Shown here: positions 49,426 to 56,882 of the stretch, piece after piece
Layout: each line of letters starts with the position of its first letter
How positions within the stretch are numbered: position 1 is the stretch's first letter
DNA from: Burkholderiales bacterium
GTDB taxonomy: Bacteria > Pseudomonadota > Gammaproteobacteria > Burkholderiales > SG8-41
NCBI GenBank assembly: GCA_035525455.1
Contig: DATLEF010000209.1
Location: forward strand, 1-63,984
Reading direction: 5' to 3'
Length of the DNA: 63,984 nt
Notes under the pieces: model-generated
Seen by the model: the letters and a program-made list of their open reading frames with translations, nothing else
Told to the model about the DNA's origin: nothing
Databases searched by the model: none
Program-made: the position numbers and the translations under genes

Positions 49426-50831
49426 CGACTGAAATCCAGGTTACCGAGCTGGGCGACGAAACCGTGCTCGTCGTCGAGGCAGCGCAGGTCCATCAGAAAA
49501 GCGCCGTCTTTGATGCGGCCGATGACGGGCACGGGCAAAGCACGAAACGCTTTAGCGATGATCTGCACGGCGGACGTTTTGTTTTTTCCCGTACTGACGA
49601 TCGCGATTCCGGCGCTGGGCAGCGATTCGACCGGCAGCGAGCCGCTTCCGATCTGGCTCGCGCACTGAATGACCGTAGCGCTCGCTTTGCCATTGAGGAC
49701 GGCAAGGATGCGCGGCAAGAGGCGCGCAGCAAGCGCTTCCAATTCAGCGACTGGACGCGTGAGTGCGGACATTATGGGCAATTCGTCTTTCAGCCGCTGC
49801 GGGTTGGCATAAAGCTGCAATACGGATTCCAGAGCAGCCAACGTCATCTTGTCGACTCTCAGCGCGCGTTTCATCGGGTTCTTCTTGATGCGCTGGATCA
49901 GATCTTTGCGGCCGACGATGAGACCCGCCTGCGGGCCGCCGAGAAGCTTATCGCCGCTGAACGTAACGATGTGGGCGCCCTGCGCGAGCGCTTCGCGCGG
50001 CGTAGGTTCGTGAGGCAGGCCGTATTCTTCCAGATCGACGAGCGTGCCACTTCCCAGATCGACGATGAAGGGCAGCTCGTGTTTGCGCGCAAGGGCTGCG
50101 AGATCCGCTTCGGAAACGGCCGCAGTAAAGCCCTGGATCGCATAGTTGCTCGTGTGCACCTTCATGATGGCTGCGACGCGCGGCCCGATGGCGTCGGCAT
50201 AATCCCTGGGGTGCGTGCGATTCGTTGTGCCAACTTCGTGAAGCTTGCAGCCCGCGCGCGACATGATGTCGGGAATGCGAAACGCGCCTCCAATTTCGAT
50301 CAACTCTCCGCGCGAGACGAGGACTTCCTTTTTCGCCGCAAGCGTATTCAACACGAGATATACGGCCGCCGCGTTGTTGTTGACCACTACGGCGCTCTCG
50401 GCACCGGTCAGTCTCGTCAGCCAACGCTCGACGTGCTGATCGCGTTCGCCGCGAGCGGCGCCGTCGAGATCGAATTCGAGGTTAACCGGACGCGTCATCG
50501 CCTGCACGACGGCGTCGGCGGCGCAGCGCGGCATGACCGCGCGCCCGAGATTGGTATGCAGCACCGTGCCGCTGAGATTGAAAACAGGCTTCAGTGACGG
50601 TTGGGCGTCCTGGATCAGCTGTGTTGCACAACGTTCAATGAACGCGGCTTCGTTGAAGCTCCAATCGGCTCGTTCGCCGAGTGCAGCGCGCTCGCGATCG
50701 AGCTGCGTGCGCAAAGCGTCGACTACGAGCGGCCTGCCATAGCGCGAGACTAAAGTCGCGACGCGCCTGTCGTTGAGAAGCCGATCGACCGCTGGAAGCG
50801 CGCGACGCGCGGCCGCAGCCGTGTTCAGCAC
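49422..50831 (-). CDS. selA: L-seryl-tRNA(Sec) selenium transferase SelA
   Basis: GTG start. NLSGTVLHTNLGRA, GELIEIGGAFRIPDIM, KVHTSNY and FSGDKLLGGPQAG (PLP lysine). ATGA overlap with selB. Confidence 0.93.
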   Translation of the reverse strand: MLNTAAAARRALPAVDRLLNDRRVATLVSRYGRPLVVDALRTQLDRERAALGERADWSFNEAAFIERCATQLIQDAQPSLKPVFNLSGTVLHTNLGRAVMPRCAADAVVQAMTRPVNLEFDLDGAARGERDQHVERWLTRLTGAESAVVVNNNAAAVYLVLNTLAAKKEVLVSRGELIEIGGAFRIPDIMSRAGCKLHEVGTTNRTHPRDYADAIGPRVAAIMKVHTSNYAIQGFTAAVSEADLAALARKHELPFIVDLGSGTLVDLEEYGLPHEPTPREALAQGAHIVTFSGDKLLGGPQAGLIVGRKDLIQRIKKNPMKRALRVDKMTLAALESVLQLYANPQRLKDELPIMSALTRPVAELEALAARLLPRILAVLNGKASATVIQCASQIGSGSLPVESLPSAGIAIVSTGKNKTSAVQIIAKAFRALPVPVIGRIKDGAFLMDLRCLDDEHGFVAQLGNLDFSR

Positions 50832-51028
50832 GGCTGCAGGCGAAGTCGAATGAGTGGAGGCGGAGCCGGAAAGCCTGCTCTGCGCGATAACAGCATGGCA
50901 ACGGTGGAGCGTGTGGAGCGCGCTAGTTTAACTCAAGCACGGAGCGCAATCTAATCGATACGCGGCCGGCGTCGAGGGCATGTGCTCGCGAAAACCCGCG
51001 CTGGTGCGCGGCTTTTGCTCTGCTGCGG

Positions 51029-51802
51029 TTACTCCCAAAGCCTTTCGGGCAGCGGCAGCCCCGCCAGATCCTGAGGCGTCGGGCGCCGCTCGGGCTGTAT
51101 GCCGTAGCGCTCCAATACGGCGGCGAGTTGGCGCGCGTGCTGCGCGGAATGCCACGTCGAGCGCTCCAGGAGCTGATGCATCGGCTGAGGTCCGTAGAAC
51201 GTGGGGGCGTTCTGCGTGCAGGATTTGTCCGCGAGCTGCGACCACCATGTTTCGAGGCGGGCGATGACCTGATCGCCGTAGTCCGCGACATGCTTACCCG
51301 TCGTAAAGGTGCCTTCGGCGGGCGGTACATTGGCGTGCTGGACCGCGTACACCACGTTATCGTTTACCGTCTCGAGAAACGCTTCGCCGATGCGGAAAAC
51401 ATGATGCGCGAGCAGCCGTAGGGCGCGATCGCGATTGGGAATCACGCGGTCGCTCATCTTGTCGTCTGGAATCTGACGTATCAGGCTTTGCGCGATACGC
51501 AGGACGTTGGTCCATTTGGCAATGAGCTCGTGCGGCGGTAACGGTGTGTGCCCCGTGCCCTGGAGGCCGACGAACTCGGCAACATCTTCGAGATTCTGTC
51601 CGAAGACGAATTGCCCGCCCTTCGATACGACCGGCACGTTACGCACGCCGAGCTTGAGCAAACGCTCGCGGCCGCCGGCATCGTTCAGCACGTCGACTGC
51701 GTCAAACTCGATGCCTTTGCGCGAAAGAAACTCTTTCGCCCGTAGACAGCTGCTTCAGCCGGGCTGTGTAAAGAGAACGAATCTGTCTGCGACGGTGTTC
51801 AT
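51029..51802 (-). CDS. Candidate selenoprotein: glutaredoxin-like (U-S-S-C) domain fused to a DinB-like domain; in-frame TGA (Sec) at 51755-51757
   Basis: Track ORFs 51755..52000(-) and 51029..51691(-) share a frame and are separated only by the TGA. Read-through gives MNTVADRFVLFTQPG-U-SSCLRAKEFLSRKGIEFDAVDVLNDAGGRERLLKLGVRNVPVV..., a complete Grx/NrdH fold. The C-terminus has DinB-like His residues. The sel genes are adjacent. The start could also be ATG 51820. Confidence 0.75.
51721..51739 (-). promoter_or_regulatory. Candidate bacterial SECIS hairpin
   Basis: The mRNA reads UGA + 15 nt, then GCGAAAG AGUUU CUUUCGC (7-bp stem). The apical loop contains G-U, about 24 nt after the UGA. Confidence 0.5.
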
Positions 51803-51911
51803 GGGGGATCCAGAGAGCATGAAAAGGGAATGCAAGGCTACTCCCGCGCTATTCGCAGCGTCAAGGCGGGAGACATCGCGGCGTGCGTAGTGCGCGAGGC
51901 GCAGCAAGGCG

Positions 51912-53063
51912 TTACTGATTCGGCTCAGCGCGAGTGCCCGCGGGACATCCGCTTTGCGACGCGGCAGCGTGATCCTTTTGCGCGGATTCGATGATCCCAC
52001 CGCCGAGACATACCCGGCTTTCGTAAATCACGACCGACTGCCCGGGTGTCACCGCCCACTGTGCCTCTGCGAAGTCCACGACACAGTGCTCGCTATTCAC
52101 GTCCACTATCGTACAAGGCGCATCCTTCTGGCGGTATCGCGTTTTCGCTCCGTACACCCATTGGCAATGGGGAACAGTTCCGGCGATCCAGTTCAGCCGC
52201 ACTGCGCTCACCTGGAGTGAATACAACGCGCGGCTCTCGCGTCCCTGTACCACGACGAGGCGATTGCGCTTCATGTCTTTGTCGACGACGTACCAGGCAT
52301 CGCCGTCGCCGTCGCGCTGCCCGCCGATGCGAAGGCCCTGGCGCTGGCCCAAGGTATAAAACATTAGGCCCATGTGCTCGCCGACGATGCGTCCATCCAG
52401 GGTGTAGATCTCGCCCGGATTGGCAGGCAGATAGCGGTTCAGAAATTCCCGAAACGGCCGCTCACCTATGAAACAGATTCCCGTGGAATCGCGCTTGTCG
52501 TGATTCGGCAGCCCTTCTCGCCGTGCGATATCGCGTACCTCACGCTTGTACAGGCCACCCAGCGGAAAGAGCGTCTTCGAAAGCTGCCGCTGGTCGAGCC
52601 GATACAGAAAATAGGTTTGATCCTTCGATCCGTCTTCGGCCTTGACGAGCTGATACAGACCGTCCACTTCACGAACGTGCGCATAATGACCGGTCGCGAT
52701 GTAGTCCGCGCCCAGCGTCAGCGCGTGATTGAGGAATGCGCGAAATTTGATTTCCGCGTTGCACAGCACGTCCGGATTCGGCGTGCGTCCGGCACGATAC
52801 TCGGACAGGAATTCGCTGAACACGCGCTCTTTGTATTCGGCCGAAAAATTGACGGCGTCGATTTCGATGCCGATGCGGTCGGCGACGGCAACAGCGTCCA
52901 CGAGGTCCTGTCGCGAGCTGCAATACTCGTCGTTGTCGTCGTCTTCCCAGTTCTTCATGAAAAGACCGACGACCTCGTGCCCCTGCTGCTTGAGCAGCAG
53001 CGCTGCGACCGCCGAGTCGACACCGCCCGAGAGGCCCACGACGATACGTTTTCTTGCCGGCAT
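51912..53063 (-). CDS. mnmA: tRNA 2-thiouridine(34) synthase MnmA
   Basis: [18 protein letters not shown] (PP-loop), [16 protein letters not shown] and TGHYA motifs. Confidence 0.94.
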   Translation of the reverse strand: MPARKRIVVGLSGGVDSAVAALLLKQQGHEVVGLFMKNWEDDDNDEYCSSRQDLVDAVAVADRIGIEIDAVNFSAEYKERVFSEFLSEYRAGRTPNPDVLCNAEIKFRAFLNHALTLGADYIATGHYAHVREVDGLYQLVKAEDGSKDQTYFLYRLDQRQLSKTLFPLGGLYKREVRDIARREGLPNHDKRDSTGICFIGERPFREFLNRYLPANPGEIYTLDGRIVGEHMGLMFYTLGQRQGLRIGGQRDGDGDAWYVVDKDMKRNRLVVVQGRESRALYSLQVSAVRLNWIAGTVPHCQWVYGAKTRYRQKDAPCTIVDVNSEHCVVDFAEAQWAVTPGQSVVIYESRVCLGGGIIESAQKDHAAASQSGCPAGTRAEPNQ

Positions 53064-53133
53064 GGGAACGTTGGATGGCAGTCAGGAGTAGGAAGGGCGG
53101 GTGCCTGTAGCGCGCGGCTTATTCTAGCGAAAT

Positions 53134-53160
53134 AAAAAAGGCAGGGCTTGCGGCCCTGCC
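53134..53160 (-). terminator. Intrinsic terminator downstream of the 65-aa Lys-rich protein gene
   Basis: ggcagggc...gccctgcc 8-bp stem. The minus strand is followed by T6. Confidence 0.7.
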
Positions 53161-53180
53161 TTTCGAACGAGTGAGCTGGA

Positions 53181-53378
53181 TTACTTCTTGACGGCTTTTT
53201 TCTCGTCGGCGCTTGCTTTCTTGTCGTCGGCCTTCGACTTCTCGGCCTTTTTCGCATCCCCTTTCGACTTCTCGGACTTCTTCTCTTCCGATTTCCTCGT
53301 GTCCTGCGCGAATGCGACCGGAGTCACAGACGCCACAGCAAAGAAAGCGGCCACCAGAGCGGACAGGAGCTTCATCAT
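53181..53378 (-). CDS. Small secreted Lys-rich protein (65 aa)
   Basis: Signal peptide MMKLLSALVAAFFAVASVTPVAFA, then a KSEEKKSEKSKGDAKKAEKSK low-complexity region. A terminator follows. Confidence 0.55.
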   Translation of the reverse strand: MMKLLSALVAAFFAVASVTPVAFAQDTRKSEEKKSEKSKGDAKKAEKSKADDKKASADEKKAVKK

Positions 53379-53490
53379 GATGTTTCCCTTTTTTTGATTG
53401 AAGAATAACGCAGTGACCGGAATGATCGGTCACGGCCATTAACGGACGAGGTAAACCCGGTTGACAGTGATGTCCGCGCGACAGCGTCGC

Positions 53491-54108
53491 CTACTGGCGA
53501 CCCTCTCTGATGCGCCCGCGATGAGCTGCACTGCGTGCCGGCGGCGGACGCCTGGATGCAGGAGACTCGACTTCGATCGCGCGCCACTGCCCCGGCGCCA
53601 GGCCCTCAATCGTCCAATCGCTGACGGAGTAGCGGATGAGACGCAGTGTCGGCAGCCCGACTGCGGCAGTCATGTGTCGCACCTGGCGATTCTTGCCCTC
53701 TTGCAGACGAAGCTCGAGCCAGGCCGTGGGAATCGCGCGACGCTCGCGGATCGGCGGCGTGCGCGGCCACAACCACAAAGGCTCGTCGGCGAGCCGTGCT
53801 TCGGCCGGTTGCGTCGTGATCTCGCCCAAACGCAGTCCCTGCCTCAGCTGGTCGAGCGCGTTTTCAGAAGGCACGCCTTCGACTTGCACCAGATATGTTT
53901 TTGCATGCTTATGGCGCGGATCGGCTATTCGGTGCTGCAGCGCGCCGTCAGCGGTCAGTAATACGAGACCTTCGCTGTCAGCATCGAGGCGGCCGACAGG
54001 GTAAACGTTCGCGTGCGGAATGAAATTCTTGAGCGTCTGGCGCCCTGCCTGGGGACTGAACTGGCACAGGACGCCGTAGGGCTTGTTGAAGAGCACTACG
54101 GCGCTCAT
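53491..54108 (-). CDS. rluE: 23S rRNA pseudouridine synthase, RsuA/RluE family
   Basis: ATG at 54108. [13 protein letters not shown]...[20 protein letters not shown]...[11 protein letters not shown]...[14 protein letters not shown]. Confidence 0.85.
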   Translation of the reverse strand: MSAVVLFNKPYGVLCQFSPQAGRQTLKNFIPHANVYPVGRLDADSEGLVLLTADGALQHRIADPRHKHAKTYLVQVEGVPSENALDQLRQGLRLGEITTQPAEARLADEPLWLWPRTPPIRERRAIPTAWLELRLQEGKNRQVRHMTAAVGLPTLRLIRYSVSDWTIEGLAPGQWRAIEVESPASRRPPPARSAAHRGRIREGRQ

Positions 54109-54197
54109 TTTTCCCGCGCGCCTGGAATTTCTCGCGGATTGTGGCGGGCTCATAAGTTACGTTCAGGCGGGAGGAGGAACGCGACCCCGGAAGCAGC

Positions 54198-54362
54198 TCA
54201 TAGCCAGAAAACGCGGGTCACTTCGCGGCCATCGCCGAGGACGCCTTTCTCGCTGCGCATCCACGGCCACAGCTGCGAGCGCGAAACCTCTGCTGTCGCC
54301 GCATCTTCCATCAGATTATAGACGGGCACGTAGCCATTTCCTGCGAGCCAGGCGCCGATGCA
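54198..54362 (-). pseudogene. Internal fragment (~54 codons) of a malate synthase A gene
   Basis: Manual translation gives [54 protein letters not shown]-stop, bounded upstream by an in-frame TAG. It aligns to Ace[35 protein letters not shown]. There is no start codon, and the rest of the ~530-aa enzyme is missing. Confidence 0.6.
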
Positions 54363-54548
54363 CTACCCGATGCTGGAAGCAGCGCAACACGGTATAATTT
54401 TTGTTTTGCGGCCGGCGTCTTTCAGGACGCATTTCCCCGCTGTGGCGTCGGGTCCTGAGCCAACTGGAATTCGGGGAGTGGCTGCCTTCCAAGGCATCTG
54501 TTACGTCAGCCCACCACGCTACTGCCCACTGAACGGAGAAGGAAAACC

Positions 54549-55925
54549 ATGACTGAACGACTCGACCTGCTGAAGATCGCGCAGGAAGAACAGAGCGGTG
54601 ACCTGTTCAAGTATCTGGACAGCATTTACAAGAGATCCAAGACACAGCCCCGTGGCATTGCGGACGCGGTCATCTGGGAGGGCGGGAACCCCGCAGGCAA
54701 CGTAAAGCCCGTTGCCCATGCTTTTACCGATATGTTTGCGCTCAACGGCACCTTGATGGCGCTCGACGTGCTGGGCTTGCCGTTCCTCGGCGTGCCGATG
54801 ATGGCGCAGTACCGGCACGACACCAATCTCGCACCGCTCGAATGGTTCGGCAAGCTCGATGCAACGGCGATCAAGTGGTCGACGGCTGGCGATGCGCTGG
54901 TGAACGACAACGGTAAAAAGGTCGTGGTCAAAGGCAAGTCGGCGAATGCGCCGCTGCGCACTGCAGCGGGGGTGTATTGCAACGTGCGCCCGTACGGCAC
55001 CATAACCAGCGTACGTTTCATGCCGGGCCTGCCGTACTCGCAGGACAGCAAGAAATTCCGCGTCGACCGCGATAGCGGCAACATCCATTCGGAAATGAAC
55101 ACGCCCGGTGTGCGGATGGCATACGCGGTGCGCCTCTTCCTGAAGATGGTGCACGAGACCGGACACGTCGGCCGCATTGCGACCAAGCCTACCCAAGCCC
55201 AGGAAGACGCCGTCAACGCCGGCATCGTCCGCTGGCTGCTCCAGGGCACGAAGTTCCAATTGAAACGCCAGTACGCCGTCGACGCCTACGCCGAGCACAA
55301 AGCGAACGTCGATGCGATCGTCGCGCTGCTGCCCAAGGACTTCAAAGCCGGCATGGAGAATTGGGGCGGCGAGATTAACGAGCACATCTCCGACACCAAC
55401 TTCGGAATTCTGCTGCACGACATGTATCAGCAGCGCAATGCGATCGTGTACGCAACCGACCTGGACGGTGATCGCCTGACCGATCTCATGGCTGACGGGC
55501 CCGACGTGCTGCGCGGCTGGGGCCAGAAGATCCTCGACCACGTAAAGGCCGGCGTGGACATGAAACAGGTCTGGAAAGACATGGGCTTCACCATGACGAA
55601 CGGAAAAGACATGACGAGCGTCATGTACCGCATCGAGGGTGCGCCGATTTTCGAGCAGACGCTGGGCTCAGCGGACGCGATGTTGCTGCGCCTGCTCGCC
55701 GGGGATGAGACAGTCGGCGGCGAGAAACAGCCTTACGATCCGCGGATTCATTTCGTTCTGATTAACGAGGCCTACAAGGCCGCGAATCCGGGCAACACTG
55801 AATTCGCGCGCTGGCTCGATGCGCAGCTTGCGACGTTCGACAAGCTTTACAGCGGCAAGCGGCCGCGCTATCTCGAGGGTTACAACAAGCTGAAAGAGGC
55901 GATCAAGCCCTGGGGTACAAAGTAA
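54549..55925 (+). CDS. Hypothetical soluble protein, 458 aa, no family recognised
   Basis: Long ORF with protein-like composition and native codon bias. No signal peptide, TM helix or catalytic motif that I recognise. The antisense ORF has the Arg/Ala/His/Val-rich composition typical of artefacts. Confidence 0.7.
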   Translation: MTERLDLLKIAQEEQSGDLFKYLDSIYKRSKTQPRGIADAVIWEGGNPAGNVKPVAHAFTDMFALNGTLMALDVLGLPFLGVPMMAQYRHDTNLAPLEWFGKLDATAIKWSTAGDALVNDNGKKVVVKGKSANAPLRTAAGVYCNVRPYGTITSVRFMPGLPYSQDSKKFRVDRDSGNIHSEMNTPGVRMAYAVRLFLKMVHETGHVGRIATKPTQAQEDAVNAGIVRWLLQGTKFQLKRQYAVDAYAEHKANVDAIVALLPKDFKAGMENWGGEINEHISDTNFGILLHDMYQQRNAIVYATDLDGDRLTDLMADGPDVLRGWGQKILDHVKAGVDMKQVWKDMGFTMTNGKDMTSVMYRIEGAPIFEQTLGSADAMLLRLLAGDETVGGEKQPYDPRIHFVLINEAYKAANPGNTEFARWLDAQLATFDKLYSGKRPRYLEGYNKLKEAIKPWGTK

Positions 55926-56040
55926 AGCGCCCTCCGCTCGTAGGAACGGAGATTACGGAGGGAAATCTCCGTTTCCCTCTATTCGTGCAGCAACGAGGCC
56001 CGAGCGCGTGAGCCGCGCGTTGCTGCATGTCCCCCAAAGC

Positions 56041-56080
56041 AAAGCCCACTCAGCCGAAAGGCTAGTGGGCTTTTTTCTTT
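56041..56080. terminator. Bidirectional intrinsic terminator between the 458-aa gene and cspA
   Basis: aaagcccact(c)agcc gaaa ggctagtgggcttt, followed by TTTTTTCTTT on the plus strand and a T-rich tract on the minus strand. Confidence 0.75.
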
Positions 56081-56116
56081 ATGCGTCCGAGCCGGTGGGG
56101 CTCCGGCGTGAGTGCG

Positions 56117-56320
56117 TCAGACGGCTTGGATGTTAGACGCCTGCTTACCCTTCGGGCCTTGCGTCACCTCGAAGGATACTTTCTGGCCTTCCTTGAGCGT
56201 TTTGAACCCGCCCATCTGAATGGCGGAGAAGTGCGCAAAGAGATCTTCGCTGCCGTCATCCGGCGTAATGAAGCCATAGCCTTTTGCGTCGTTGAACCAT
56301 TTAACCGTGCCAGTTGCCAT
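56117..56320 (-). CDS. cspA: Cold-shock protein, CspA family
   Basis: [34 protein letters not shown]... shows the RNP1 and RNP2 motifs. Confidence 0.95.
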   Translation of the reverse strand: MATGTVKWFNDAKGYGFITPDDGSEDLFAHFSAIQMGGFKTLKEGQKVSFEVTQGPKGKQASNIQAV

Positions 56321-56551
56321 ACATCTTCCTCACCTACAAAAAAACGGGCCCCAGCCCGCATTTGCTTGGCTTCGAGAGTCGCGTACGGCGACGTGCGACG
56401 TCAGCGAAATCCTGCAGCCAAACACCCGATTGCTTTCTAGGCTATTTAAAAAGGGAAGTCAAGTATACTCAGCTGAAGTAGGCGCTGAATGTACTTGATA
56501 TTTCCGGGATTCCGTCCAAAATAGTGTGTGAAGTATGCATTGACGTTTTAA

Positions 56552-56866
56552 TTGGGCATGGCGACGAGGCAACGCGAAGACACGGTCTTAGAGGCGAAGA
56601 AAAGCCGGACCAAACCGCCGCCGATGTTCAAGGTGTTGCTGCTGAATGACGACTACACGCCTATGGATTTTGTCGTGCTCGTGCTGCAGAAAATTTTTGC
56701 TTTGAGCAGGGAGCAGGCTACGCAGATCATGCTCAAGGTGCATCGTGAGGGAATGGGAATTTGCGGCATCTATCCGAAAGATGTCGCTGCAACCAAAGTG
56801 GAGCAGGTACGGTCGTACGCCAAACAGCATCAGCATCCGTTACAGTGTGTAATGGAAGAAAATTGA
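56552..56866 (+). CDS. clpS: ATP-dependent Clp protease adaptor ClpS
   Basis: [27 protein letters not shown]...[20 protein letters not shown] at 56552 or ATG at 56558. Confidence 0.93.
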   Translation: MGMATRQREDTVLEAKKSRTKPPPMFKVLLLNDDYTPMDFVVLVLQKIFALSREQATQIMLKVHREGMGICGIYPKDVAATKVEQVRSYAKQHQHPLQCVMEEN

Positions 56867-56882
56867 AGGTGTATCCACTCCG

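Noticed and set aside
51755-52000. An 81-aa minus-strand ORF, considered as an independent small gene.
   Set aside because: Its last 15 residues (MNTVADRFVLFTQPG) are the N-terminus of the Grx-like domain that continues in frame after the TGA. The upstream 66 residues overlap the mnmA 3' flank and look like non-coding read-through of the frame.
54519-55541. A 340-aa minus-strand ORF overlapping the 458-aa gene.
   Set aside because: The plus-strand ORF is longer and has balanced amino-acid composition (Lys, Asp, Asn, Tyr, Met present) and a plausible start. The minus-strand product is Val/Arg/His/Gly/Ala-rich.
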